NCBI GenBank assembly: GCA_045536565.1
Contig: JAZSNU010000019.1
Span: forward strand, 1 to 45,584
From: Clostridia bacterium
GTDB taxonomy: Bacteria; Bacillota; Clostridia; TANB77; CAG-465
Direction: 5' to 3'
Length of the DNA: 45,584 nt
Notes under the pieces: model-generated
Seen by the model: only the letters and a program-made list of their open reading frames with translations
Databases searched by the model: none
What the model was told of the DNA's origin: nothing
In this document: positions 28,609 through 38,365 of the stretch, piece after piece
Numbering within the stretch: the first letter of the stretch is position 1
Layout of the letters: every line of letters begins with the position of its first letter
Program-made: the position numbers and the translations under genes

Positions 28609-30399
28609 CTATTTATTAATAGCATCTTGTATTTCTTTATTAAACATTTCTTTTAAGTTATCAATACTCATTGTGCCTTTGTCTTCGCCAGTTCTTGATT
28701 TTACTGCTAATTCTTGATTTTCAACTTCTTTATCACCTACAACTAGCATATATGGAATTTTATCAAGTCTAGCTTCTCTTATTTTATATCCTATTTTTTC
28801 GTTTCTATCATCTACTTCTACTCTAAATCCTGCTCTTGTAAGTTCTTCTGCTACTTTATGAGCATATTCACTATGAGCATCTGCAATTGTAAGGATTTTT
28901 GCTTGCGTTGGTGCAATCCAAAGCGGCATAGCTCCTGCATATTTTTCAATTAAAAGCGCCAATGTTCTTTCATAACACCCAATAGAAGTCCTATGTATAA
29001 TATATGGTGTTTTCTTTTCTCCATCTCTATCTACATATTCCATTCCAAATTTTGCTGCTAACATTTGATCTATTTGTATAGTTATTAATGTATCCTCTTT
29101 ACCAAACACATTTTTAATTTGAATATCAAGTTTTGGTCCGTAAAATGCTGCTTCACCAATTCCCTCTTTATATTCTAAACCTAAGTGATTAAGTATTTTT
29201 TCCATCATGCCTTGGGCTTCATCCCACTGCTCTTCTGTACCTATGTATTTTTCTCTATCTTCTGGATCCCATTTTGAGAATCTGTATGATACATCTTCAT
29301 ATAATCCTAAACATTTAAGCATGTATATTGCAAGTTCTAGACATTTTTTAAATTCTCCTTCAAGTTGTTCTGGTGTACACATTAAGTGCCCCTCAGAAAT
29401 TGTAAACTGTCTTACTCTAATTAACCCATGCATTTCTCCTGATGCTTCGTTTCTAAACAATGTTGATGTTTCATTAAGACGCATTGGAAGGTCTCTATAA
29501 CTTCTTCCTCTATTTAAAAATACTTGGTATTGGAAAGGACAAGTCATAGGTCTTAAAGCAAATACTTCTGAATCTTTTTCTTCATCACCTAGTATAAACA
29601 TACCATCTTTGTAATGATCCCAATGTCCTGATATTTTATACAAATCAGATTTTGCCATAAATGGAGTTTTAGTAAGTTGCCATCCCCATCTTGCCTCTGT
29701 ATCTTCAACAAATCTTTGTAATAATTGTATAGTCTTAGCTCCCTTTGGAAGCAATATTGGAAGTCCTTGACCAATATAATCAACAGTTGTAAAGTATTCT
29801 AATTCTCTACCTAGTTTATTATGGTCTCTTTTTTTAGCATCTTCCATTTTTTCTATATATTCATCTACTTCTTTTTGAGTTTCAAAACATGTTCCATATA
29901 TTCTAGTAAGCATCTTGTTCTTTTCAGAACCTTTCCAATATGCACCAGTTGTAGAAATAAGTTTAACTGCACCTATTTCTTTTGCATATAATACATGAGG
30001 TCCAACACACATATCTACAAAAACATCATTTTCAAAAAAGCTTATTTCAGCATCTTCTGGTAATTCCTCAATCATCTCTAATTTATATGGTTCATCTTTC
30101 ATTTTTGCTTTTGCTTCTTCTTTTGATAGCACATATGCTTTAACTTGTTTGTTTTGTCCTAGTATATTTTTCATTACATTTTCAATTTTTCTTAAATCCT
30201 CTTGTTTTATATCTAAATTATCAAAATCATAGTAGAAACCCGAATCAGTTGCAGGTCCAATTGCAAGTTTTGCATCTGGATATAATCTTTTAACTGCTTC
30301 CGCTAAAACATGAGATGCACTATGTCTTGCTACATTTATATTTTCGTTATATTCTACTTCTTGTATATTTGAATATTTATCTATTATTTTTATACTCAT
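28609..30399 (-). CDS. thrS: Threonine--tRNA ligase (short N-terminus)
   Basis: RHSASHVLA, RDHNKLG, LRPMTCP, GEAAFYGPKLD, IHRTSIG. Confidence 0.98.
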   Translation of the reverse strand: MSIKIIDKYSNIQEVEYNENINVARHSASHVLAEAVKRLYPDAKLAIGPATDSGFYYDFDNLDIKQEDLRKIENVMKNILGQNKQVKAYVLSKEEAKAKMKDEPYKLEMIEELPEDAEISFFENDVFVDMCVGPHVLYAKEIGAVKLISTTGAYWKGSEKNKMLTRIYGTCFETQKEVDEYIEKMEDAKKRDHNKLGRELEYFTTVDYIGQGLPILLPKGAKTIQLLQRFVEDTEARWGWQLTKTPFMAKSDLYKISGHWDHYKDGMFILGDEEKDSEVFALRPMTCPFQYQVFLNRGRSYRDLPMRLNETSTLFRNEASGEMHGLIRVRQFTISEGHLMCTPEQLEGEFKKCLELAIYMLKCLGLYEDVSYRFSKWDPEDREKYIGTEEQWDEAQGMMEKILNHLGLEYKEGIGEAAFYGPKLDIQIKNVFGKEDTLITIQIDQMLAAKFGMEYVDRDGEKKTPYIIHRTSIGCYERTLALLIEKYAGAMPLWIAPTQAKILTIADAHSEYAHKVAEELTRAGFRVEVDDRNEKIGYKIREARLDKIPYMLVVGDKEVENQELAVKSRTGEDKGTMSIDNLKEMFNKEIQDAINK

Positions 30400-30416
30400 T
30401 TCTTCCTCCTTATATT

Positions 30417-31307
30417 TTATACTTTAAATTCCAATCCTATTACTTCATAATATTTATTTTCTCTGTTTTCTAATATTGAATATTTCATTGTAAGTTCTCT
30501 TGCTTCTTGAATAACAAGTTCATATTTATCATCATTATTTAAATCACATGCAAATTTAATTGAATATATTGGCCAATTAATTGAACTTTCTGTATTTTTA
30601 ACATATGAATATTTTACAATAGTATATTTATTAGGGGTTACTGCAACAATAACACTATATACACCAAAGGTGTTCTTTCCAGATGAAGTTGCAGATACAA
30701 GTCTGGTTTTTTGACCGTTTTCTAAATACACTTCATATACTTCATTTACTTTTACTGTATTATTAAATAATCTATATTTTCCGAGTGCTTTCTTAACGCT
30801 CTTTTTATCTTTTTCACTTGGCTCTATTTTAGTTAAACTTCTTACCATTATATTAGTATCTTTTTTATTTACTGCTATATATTCCTCGTTTTTTATATCC
30901 GTTAGTGGCATTACATAGCTTAAATTTTTTTCCATGTTATGACTTGATGAATATATTTCAAAAGTTCCCATTTTCCCTTTTGCATTATATAAATCTAATT
31001 CTGTACCCTTTAATATATTTGCTTTTTTAGTAGTAATTTCTTTATTTACCCATTTACCATTATCTGTTATACCACCTACAACAAGATTATTTATTATTAT
31101 AGGGGAAACATTGGTAACATTTTCTTCCTCTATTTTACTTCCAGCTTTATCTATATATTCAATATTTATATAATTTTGAGTATATATGTAAACCAGCAAA
31201 GCTCCACTTATGGCTAGTACTGCAAATAAAACAACAAATAGTGGCATAGCCATTTTATTTTTCTTATATTTAGTATTCTTCTTTACAACTTTCATATACC
31301 TTTCCAC
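30417..31307 (-). CDS. Hypothetical membrane-anchored extracellular protein
   Basis: N-terminal TM helix; DLNNDDKYE resembles a DxDxDG-type Ca-binding loop. Confidence 0.7.
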   Translation of the reverse strand: MERYMKVVKKNTKYKKNKMAMPLFVVLFAVLAISGALLVYIYTQNYINIEYIDKAGSKIEEENVTNVSPIIINNLVVGGITDNGKWVNKEITTKKANILKGTELDLYNAKGKMGTFEIYSSSHNMEKNLSYVMPLTDIKNEEYIAVNKKDTNIMVRSLTKIEPSEKDKKSVKKALGKYRLFNNTVKVNEVYEVYLENGQKTRLVSATSSGKNTFGVYSVIVAVTPNKYTIVKYSYVKNTESSINWPIYSIKFACDLNNDDKYELVIQEARELTMKYSILENRENKYYEVIGLEFKV

Positions 31308-31858
31308 CTTCCTTCGTCAATAGAAAATAGACAACCGCAATATTTTTGCATATATAGTCCCAATTCTCTTGCTTTATTTTGTCCTTCTCTAAATAGTGGT
31401 CTATAATCTTTGTACAAAAACCCTACTCCATATTTTTCTGCTAATTTATTACATACAGAAATTATTAAATCATGCTTTTGATATGGGCTAATTAAAAGTG
31501 TCGTCGTCACATGTGTGTATCCTTGTTCTTTTGCGTATTTAAAAACTTCTTCTAAGCGTGATGTATAACAGTATTCACATCTTATTTTGTATCCTAATTT
31601 ATCTAAACTCATAGAATCATAGATAAATTTATTCATATCATATTCATCAAGAACAATGGGTTCTTTTCCCATTTTATTAACATACTCTATGAAAGTTTCT
31701 TTTCTCTTTTTGTACTCAACCTTTGGATGAATATTTGTATTGTACCATATCACATCAAAATCTGATATTTCCATTTCGTTCATATTGTTTGATGTATCAT
31801 CATATACAGCAACTAAGCATGGTGCACAACATGCATGAATAAGTAATTTATTCTTCAT
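31292..31858 (-). CDS. queH: Epoxyqueuosine reductase QueH
   Basis: [37 protein letters not shown]. Confidence 0.92.
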   Translation of the reverse strand: MKNKLLIHACCAPCLVAVYDDTSNNMNEMEISDFDVIWYNTNIHPKVEYKKRKETFIEYVNKMGKEPIVLDEYDMNKFIYDSMSLDKLGYKIRCEYCYTSRLEEVFKYAKEQGYTHVTTTLLISPYQKHDLIISVCNKLAEKYGVGFLYKDYRPLFREGQNKARELGLYMQKYCGCLFSIDEGRWKGI

Positions 31859-32855
31859 ATCTTACCCCCATATGCTCATAAGCAAGTTTTGTTGCAACTC
31901 TACCCCTAGGGGTTCGATTAACAAAACCTATCTGCATAAGATATGGCTCATATACATCTTCTATGGTATCTCTATCTTCACCAATAGCTGCTGCCATTGC
32001 TTCTAATCCTACTGGTTTTCCACCAAATTTATCTATCATGGTCATAAGTATTTTTCTATCAATTTCATCAAGACCAAATTCATCTATTTCTAGTCTATTT
32101 AAAGCATCGTGTGCTATTTCATAATTAATGACATCACTATTTTTATTACTTGCAAAGTCCCTAACTCTCTTTAAAAGCCTGTTTGCAATTCTAGGTGTTC
32201 CTCTACTTCTTGCACCAATTTCAAGTGCTGCTTGATGGTCTATTGAAATATTTAAAATGTTTGCACTTCTTTCTATAATAGTTGCTAAATCCTTTTCAGT
32301 ATACATACTAAGCCTATGTATTATTCCAAATCTATCCCTTAAAGGTCCAGATAATGAACCCGCTTTTGTAGTTGCACCAACCAAGGTGAATTTTGGCAGG
32401 TCTATTCTTATAGAACGCGCTGATGGACCTTTTCCTATCATTATATCAAGATTAAAATCTTCAAGTGCAGGATATAGAACTTCTTCAACACTCTTTTTCA
32501 GCCTATGTATCTCATCTATAAAAAGCAAATCATTTTCTTCTAGATTTGTTAAAATAGCAGCTAAATCTCCTGGCTTTTCAATAGCAGGCCCAGAGGTTAC
32601 TTTTATATTTACACCCATCTCAGATGCAATAATACTTGCTAATGTTGTCTTTCCAAGACCTGGCGGACCATATAACAAGACATGATCCAAAGCCTCATTT
32701 CTAGATAAGGCTGCATCTATATATATTTTCATATTTTCTTTTACCTTTGCTTGTCCAATATACTCGGAAAAACTTCTAGGTCTAAGACTTATTTCAACTT
32801 CTGGTACATCTATCTCCTCATCATATTCGGGAGACACAACTCTATCTTCTATCAT
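31848..32855 (-). CDS. ruvB: Holliday junction branch migration ATPase RuvB
   Basis: [54 protein letters not shown]. Confidence 0.98.
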   Translation of the reverse strand: MIEDRVVSPEYDEEIDVPEVEISLRPRSFSEYIGQAKVKENMKIYIDAALSRNEALDHVLLYGPPGLGKTTLASIIASEMGVNIKVTSGPAIEKPGDLAAILTNLEENDLLFIDEIHRLKKSVEEVLYPALEDFNLDIMIGKGPSARSIRIDLPKFTLVGATTKAGSLSGPLRDRFGIIHRLSMYTEKDLATIIERSANILNISIDHQAALEIGARSRGTPRIANRLLKRVRDFASNKNSDVINYEIAHDALNRLEIDEFGLDEIDRKILMTMIDKFGGKPVGLEAMAAAIGEDRDTIEDVYEPYLMQIGFVNRTPRGRVATKLAYEHMGVRYEE

Positions 32856-33060
32856 TTGTCTTCTCCTTATAATTTAACATATAAATTATACCACTAAACA
32901 CTAAGGAAATGCAACAAAAATGCGTGTATATAGTGTATTTTTTAAACTATTTACTTTTATGTATACTTATGATATAATATGCAGGAATTTATTAACAAAA
33001 AGTTTTAATTTTAATAAAGAAAAAATAATATTTATAATTAATTTAAAGGAGGGATTTTTT

Positions 33061-33405
33061 ATGTTAAAAAAAGAAATAATGAAGAATGCAGATATGTATA
33101 ACAAATTACCCAATCTCACATCAGAAGAACAAAAAAATAAAGTGTCAATTATATCACAAAAAAATCGGGAAAATATTTATATTACTTTATTAACCTTATC
33201 GTTAATACTTGTAATTCTTTTTCTTATTTTTTTGTTTATACCAAATTGTAATTTAGTAAATTGTATCTTGGCAGCTTTATTATCTATCTCTTTTTTCATG
33301 CTTTTTCTTACTGGAGATAAATCAAAAAAAGGACTATCTTCAAAGTGGTCTAATCTTGGGCTCAGCATTCTTTGGTTATTTAATTTTATTACTCGACTAT
33401 TTTAA
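33061..33405 (+). CDS. Small 3-TM membrane protein, paralog 1 of 3 (114 aa)
   Basis: SD AAGGAGG before ATG 33061; MLKKEIMKNADMYNK...ILWLFNFITRLF. Confidence 0.8.
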   Translation: MLKKEIMKNADMYNKLPNLTSEEQKNKVSIISQKNRENIYITLLTLSLILVILFLIFLFIPNCNLVNCILAALLSISFFMLFLTGDKSKKGLSSKWSNLGLSILWLFNFITRLF

Positions 33406-33471
33406 AAAGAATTTATAAAATTGAAACCAAGTAATTTTAACAAAATATAATTAATTTGAAGGTGAATTTTT

Positions 33472-33816
33472 ATGTTGAAAAAAGAAATAATGGAAAATGC
33501 AGATATTTACAACAAAGAACATTATCTTCTTGACGAAGCAAGAAAGAGAAATACAAAACACGAATCCAAAAAGAAAACAAAGAAAATTTATCCAGTAGTA
33601 GCAAGTTTAATACTAATAGCCTTAGTTATAGCACTGATTTCCTTATTTGCTACAACAGCTAATTTAATAGGTTGTATTATTTGTGGCATACTAGTTATAG
33701 TGTATCTTTTGCTTTTTCTTATAGAAAGCAAAGTTAGAACAACTTCAAGCTCAAAATGGATTTATTTAAGTGTTACTATCCTTTGGCTATTTAATCTTAT
33801 TCTTCGATTATTTTAA
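33472..33816 (+). CDS. Small 3-TM membrane protein, paralog 2 of 3 (114 aa)
   Basis: MLKKEIMENADIYNK...ILWLFNLILRLF. Confidence 0.8.
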   Translation: MLKKEIMENADIYNKEHYLLDEARKRNTKHESKKKTKKIYPVVASLILIALVIALISLFATTANLIGCIICGILVIVYLLLFLIESKVRTTSSSKWIYLSVTILWLFNLILRLF

Positions 33817-33833
33817 TAAGAAAGGCGATTTAT

Positions 33834-34178
33834 ATGTTAAAAAAAGAAATAATGGAAAATGCAGATATTTACAATAAAGTTCATTTTGTTCTTCATGAAG
33901 CAGCAAAAGAAAACATGCCAAAGTCATTCTGGCAAAAACTTAAACAAAATTATTTTATTCTACTTATCTTAGCACCAATATTATTAACCATAGCTCTAAT
34001 TGTTATGTTTGCCACTAGAAGTAAATTACCAAATCTTATTATTTGCGGATTATTAGTTGTTTTATATTTTATGCTTTTTCTTACCACAGATAAATGTAAA
34101 ACAGGATTATCTTCAAGATGGTCTAATCTTGGACTATGTATTCTTTGGCTATTTAATTTTATTATTAGACTTTTCTAA
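33834..34178 (+). CDS. Small 3-TM membrane protein, paralog 3 of 3 (114 aa)
   Basis: MLKKEIMENADIYNK...ILWLFNFIIRLF. Confidence 0.8.
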   Translation: MLKKEIMENADIYNKVHFVLHEAAKENMPKSFWQKLKQNYFILLILAPILLTIALIVMFATRSKLPNLIICGLLVVLYFMLFLTTDKCKTGLSSRWSNLGLCILWLFNFIIRLF

Positions 34179-34186
34179 GAAAAGAA

Positions 34187-34217
34187 ACTGCTTAAACTAA
34201 AATTTAGTTTAAGCAGT
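34187..34217. terminator. Bidirectional terminator
   Basis: ACTGCTTAAACTAA/TTAGTTTAAGCAGT with A- and T-runs on both sides. Confidence 0.8.
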
Positions 34218-34225
34218 CTTTTTGT

Positions 34226-36232
34226 TTAGCTTTCAATAAATTGTTCAAGTTCGCTTGAAGTTACAATCTTGTTCTTTATGAGATATTTTGCCATCTTATC
34301 AATCTCGTTCCAATGCTTATCTATAAATTCTTCTGTTTTGCTATATACGCGCTTAATAAGTTGGTTAGCCTTCTCATCAATTTTTGCAGCAAGTTTTTCG
34401 TTAAATAAATCTTCATCCAAAAGATAAATATTTTTGTATTCTTCATCGTCCATACCATATTCAGCAATAACCTGTTTAGCATATTCTTTTGCTTTTTTTA
34501 GATCAGACCTAGCACCAGAGGTAAGTTGTTTGGAAACCCTTTCTTGTGCAACTCTTCCAGCAAGCAAAAACATAATGTATGCGTCTACAAATTCTTTATC
34601 AGCAGAAACAAAACCATCTTTTTCTTCAAGTATGTTTACACCTAAGAAACCATCACCAGGTATAATTGAAATAGCCTTTACATCGTATGCTTCTTTTTCC
34701 TTTGTAAGTCTATTTACAATATAATGACCTATTTCATGGTACGCAATATCTCTTATATCTTTTTTAGAAATATTTTCATGCATTTTGAAACATTCATCAT
34801 ATACCGCATTTATATATGCTTTTGTAACAGTCTTCTTGTTTTTCATTTTTGTAATTGCCATACTTCTGTCGCAAAGGTCTAATGTCTTATCCGGATTACA
34901 ACTTTCAAAATTAAAGCAGCTAGAACAAAGTATAATATAGTCGAGTAATTTGCTTGGCATTTTTACTCCATGATACTCTTCCATCTTTTTAATTTTAGCC
35001 TTTATCATGTCTTTTATCTCTGAATTTTTGGGTTCCTTTATTTTTATAACTTCAAATCTCCTTTTAAAAGCACCATCCCTAGATAAAATACTGTTGTATT
35101 CATTTACTGTCGTAGCACCTACAAAAACAACATCATCTCTTGAAAGGACAGGTTTTAACGAACCACTAAGATCAACCGTTCCCTCTGATGTTCCACCAGC
35201 ACCAAGCATCTGATGCATTTCATCTACAAAAAGAATAACTTTTGGTGTAGTTTCAAGAAACTTTTTAAGAATTGCAACTTTTGTTTCAAATTCACCACGA
35301 TATTTAGTACCTGCAACCATTAAGTTAACATCAAGTGATAAAACCGTATATCCTATAAATTCCTTAGGACAGGTCTCATTTACAATCTCCTGCGTTACAG
35401 CCTCAATAACAGCAGTTTTACCAACTCCTGGCTCACCAACTAGCACAGAATTTCTCTTGGTTTTCTTTGAAGAAACATTGAATACTTTAAATATCTCTTT
35501 ATCGCGGCCAAGAATAGTAATTTCTTCGCCTTTTTCATACTTCTTGTTAAGTACCTCTACACATGTTTCAAGAATTGGTGGAAGTATAATTTCCCTTTGT
35601 GTATTTTCAGAACTTTCACACACATTTGCATTTATCCTTATTGCATTTATAAAATCATCTACATCTATTTCTAGTTGTGTGAGAAGATTTTTCATAAATT
35701 TATATGCGCTTGTGTCTTTGTTTTCCAAAATACAATAGATTATATAATCTAGTTCAATATAGTCCTTACCCATTGTTTTAGAAATACTTAATGCCTTATC
35801 AAATGCTGCTTCAAGTTTGTCGGAATATTGTGGCTCTAATATTTCTTCTCTTTCAAATTCCAACATTCCATAAAAAACATCCATAACTTTATTGGCAAAC
35901 TTTTCATCTTCCGTTTCTTCCTCACATGGTATGAATTCAACATCACCTTCATTTGGCTTTACTTCGTCTTTGAATAATTTTTCAGCAATATCTTTTCCAA
36001 ATATTTCACCAAATACTTCTTTGTTACTTAATATATAACTAATATTTGGACTTACTGTCATATCCATATCCGCAAAACATTTTGAAATTACTGACTCTGT
36101 GTCGTTAATTGCTGCGAATAAAAAGTATGCACTTCTTACCTTCTCGTCATCAAACCGCCAAGCAATATCCGTCGCAATTTCAAATGCCTTTCTCACATTA
36201 CCTGTAACTTTTGCATTTCTCCATTCATACAT
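34226..36232 (-). CDS. Chimeric AAA+ protease: Clp N-domain + ClpA/B/C-type D1 ATPase + FtsH-type M41 peptidase
   Basis: ILGRDKEI, LVGEPGVGKTA, AGTKYRGEFE, LFVDEMH, GATTVNEY, AFKRRF, PDKTLDLCD; then AYHEIGH, ISIIP..FLG, LLAGRVAQE, TSGARSDL, IAEYGM. Confidence 0.88.
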   Translation of the reverse strand: MYEWRNAKVTGNVRKAFEIATDIAWRFDDEKVRSAYFLFAAINDTESVISKCFADMDMTVSPNISYILSNKEVFGEIFGKDIAEKLFKDEVKPNEGDVEFIPCEEETEDEKFANKVMDVFYGMLEFEREEILEPQYSDKLEAAFDKALSISKTMGKDYIELDYIIYCILENKDTSAYKFMKNLLTQLEIDVDDFINAIRINANVCESSENTQREIILPPILETCVEVLNKKYEKGEEITILGRDKEIFKVFNVSSKKTKRNSVLVGEPGVGKTAVIEAVTQEIVNETCPKEFIGYTVLSLDVNLMVAGTKYRGEFETKVAILKKFLETTPKVILFVDEMHQMLGAGGTSEGTVDLSGSLKPVLSRDDVVFVGATTVNEYNSILSRDGAFKRRFEVIKIKEPKNSEIKDMIKAKIKKMEEYHGVKMPSKLLDYIILCSSCFNFESCNPDKTLDLCDRSMAITKMKNKKTVTKAYINAVYDECFKMHENISKKDIRDIAYHEIGHYIVNRLTKEKEAYDVKAISIIPGDGFLGVNILEEKDGFVSADKEFVDAYIMFLLAGRVAQERVSKQLTSGARSDLKKAKEYAKQVIAEYGMDDEEYKNIYLLDEDLFNEKLAAKIDEKANQLIKRVYSKTEEFIDKHWNEIDKMAKYLIKNKIVTSSELEQFIES

Positions 36233-36295
36233 AATTTTATGCCTCCTTATTCATTATTTAATGTTTAATTTTTGCAAACATATTTTATGTCACGA

Positions 36296-36324
36296 ATTAT
36301 ATAATTTTATATTGGAAATGTCAA
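36296..36324 (-). promoter_or_regulatory. Consensus sigma-A promoter of the chimeric protease
   Basis: Perfect TTGACA-17-TATAAT; SD AAGGAGG before the ATG. Confidence 0.8.
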
Positions 36325-36425
36325 TATGTAATGGCGGATATCATATATTAAATATCCATTTATCTATCACACCTGTCTATATTTTTCATATAATATACTA
36401 TCTAATATATATTAATATTAGAAAA

Positions 36426-36959
36426 TATAATATATGGTGGGTGTTATGTATTTAAATTGTGTACTTCGAAATTTTTTATGGTGTTTTCCTTGCAGACTGC
36501 CCTATGGCAGAGGACATTATGTTACAGGATGTGATTTAGTCTTGCTATCTAATGTTATTTCTATCGAACAATGTTTAACTAATTTTTCCTGTAATCTATT
36601 AGGTAATACGCCTAAAAAATCACCCTATCTATTAAATAATCATAGAAAGGAGAAATAAATAATGTCACAAGGTTATAATAATTGGGGCTGTTGCAACTAT
36701 CAAAATGACTATAAAGAAGAGAAAAAAGAAGAATGTTGCTGCTGCAAATGTTGCCATCCAAAAAAAGAAGAACCTAAAAAACAATGTGCTACTATAAAAG
36801 TATGCATTGAAGAAGAAAAGAAAGAAAAAAAAGAAGACAAAAAACAAGATGGCTGTTATTAATTCCAATTAATAAATACCATAAAACATTAACTATGTGC
36901 AAGTGCATTTTTGTATAAACTGCATTTGCACTACATACTCTTCCCACCGTTATATTATA
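36426..36959 (+). other. Segment bracketed by nested long-range inverted repeats (candidate 5'-3' paired structured transcript)
   Basis: 36426-36450 pairs with 36932-36959; 36474-36486 pairs with 36874-36886; several local hairpins. Confidence 0.6.
36662..36862 (+). CDS. Small Cys/Lys/Glu-rich protein (66 aa), putative spore-surface or metal-binding protein
   Basis: SD AAGGAG; ECCCCKCCH and KEEKKE repeats. Confidence 0.7.
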   Translation: MSQGYNNWGCCNYQNDYKEEKKEECCCCKCCHPKKEEPKKQCATIKVCIEEEKKEKKEDKKQDGCY

Positions 36960-37081
36960 ACTTTATTACATAATTATTTCGTATTGCCTATTTAAATTTA
37001 AGATAAGTGCTTTTTCCTTGTTTTTTCATAAGATGTATGCTATACTAACTTTGTTAAAATTATGATTTTAAGGGGGATTTT

Positions 37082-38365
37082 ATGGATAAGATTATTGTTG
37101 ACGGTCCATGCAGATTATCTGGTGAAGTAACTATCAGCGGTGCAAAAAATGCGGCTGTCGCTATTCTTCCTGCAACATTACTTGTTAATGGAAAATGTCA
37201 TTTAGAAAATGTGCCTGATATTAGTGATATTAGGGCTATTATAAAGATACTTAAATCATTAGGTTCAAAAATTGAGTACATAACACAAAATGAACTTATT
37301 ATAGATAATTCAAATATAACTACTGTTGAAGCGCCATATGATTTAACATGTAAATTTAGGGCTTCATATTACCTATTAGGTGCTTTAATAAGTAGATTTG
37401 GAAAAGCACAAATAAGTCTACCTGGTGGTTGTAACTTAGGTGCTAGACCTATCGATCAACATATTAAAGCATTTGAAAAATTAGGTGCAACAGTTGAGGT
37501 TAAAAGAGGAAATGTTTATGCAGATACTAAGGATACTTTATCTGCCGGAAGTATATTCTTTGATGTTGTTAGTGTTGGTGCAACAATTAATGCTATTTTA
37601 GCAGCTACACTTGTACCTGGAACTACAACAATCGAAAACTGTGCAAAAGAGCCTCATGTAGTTGATGTAGCAAACTTTTTAAACTCAATGGGTGCTAACA
37701 TTAAAGGTGCTGGTACAGATGTAATAAAAATAACAGGTGTTTCTTCTTTAAAACAAACATCTAGTTATGCTGTTATTCCAGACCAAATTGAAGCTGGAAC
37801 ATTCATGGTTGCTGCTGCTATTACAAAAGGAAATGTTTTAATTAAAAACTGTATTCCAAAACATATGGAACCAATAACTGCAAAACTACTAGAAGCAGGT
37901 GCAGAAGTAACTGAGTTTGAAGATACTATTAGAGTTTCTATGAATGATACTCCTCGCCCTATTAATGTTAAAACCATGCCATATCCTGGATTTCCTACTG
38001 ATATGCAACCACAAATATGTACTCTTATTGCTATTTCAAAAGGAACTGGAATGATTATTGAAAGCATCTGGGAATCAAGATTCCAATATACTGATGAACT
38101 TATTAAAATGGGAGCAGATATAACTGCTCACGGAAGAACAGCTATGGTAAAAGGTGTTAAAGAATTAGAAGGATGCCCTGTTGCAGCCCACGATTTAAGA
38201 GCGGGTGCCGCTATGATTTTAGCAGGCTTAGTTGCTCATGGAAAGACCGAAATATATGATATTCACCATATAGAAAGAGGTTATGAAAATATAGTTGATA
38301 AGTTTAGAAGCCTTGGTGCTAAAATAGAATTGGTAAAAGATAAAAGGTGTGATTGTAATGCTTAA
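37082..38365 (+). CDS. murA: UDP-N-acetylglucosamine 1-carboxyvinyltransferase
   Basis: SGAKNAA, RASYYLLG, LPGGCNLGARPIDQH, PYPGFPTDMQ, DLRAGAA, HIERGYE. Confidence 0.97.
   Translation: MDKIIVDGPCRLSGEVTISGAKNAAVAILPATLLVNGKCHLENVPDISDIRAIIKILKSLGSKIEYITQNELIIDNSNITTVEAPYDLTCKFRASYYLLGALISRFGKAQISLPGGCNLGARPIDQHIKAFEKLGATVEVKRGNVYADTKDTLSAGSIFFDVVSVGATINAILAATLVPGTTTIENCAKEPHVVDVANFLNSMGANIKGAGTDVIKITGVSSLKQTSSYAVIPDQIEAGTFMVAAAITKGNVLIKNCIPKHMEPITAKLLEAGAEVTEFEDTIRVSMNDTPRPINVKTMPYPGFPTDMQPQICTLIAISKGTGMIIESIWESRFQYTDELIKMGADITAHGRTAMVKGVKELEGCPVAAHDLRAGAAMILAGLVAHGKTEIYDIHHIERGYENIVDKFRSLGAKIELVKDKRCDCNA

Noticed and set aside
32920-33060. N-terminal extension of the first 114-aa paralog
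   Set aside because: The SD and paralog alignment place the start at 33061; the extension is promoter region.
33166-33168. Genome-wide CGG recoding inferred from the DUF3800 shift
   Set aside because: This in-frame CGG must be read as a triplet to keep homology with the paralogs, and no core gene in the window is broken.
33061-34178. Repeated 5' and 3' sequences considered as a CRISPR array or a DGR template/variable repeat
   Set aside because: The repeats are coding ends of paralogous genes; there are no regular spacers, cas genes or reverse transcriptase in the window.
36434-36658. 74-aa ORF across the structured leader
   Set aside because: No SD, its start lies inside the long-range helix and the composition is uninformative. 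A leader peptide cannot be fully excluded.
36426-36959. Interpretation as a MITE or IS, or as 6S RNA, RNase P, tmRNA, glmS or a cobalamin riboswitch
   Set aside because: No transposase or clear target duplication; the repeats are interrupted with G-U-type mismatches; signature sequences of those RNAs are absent (AGACTGCC alone is insufficient).
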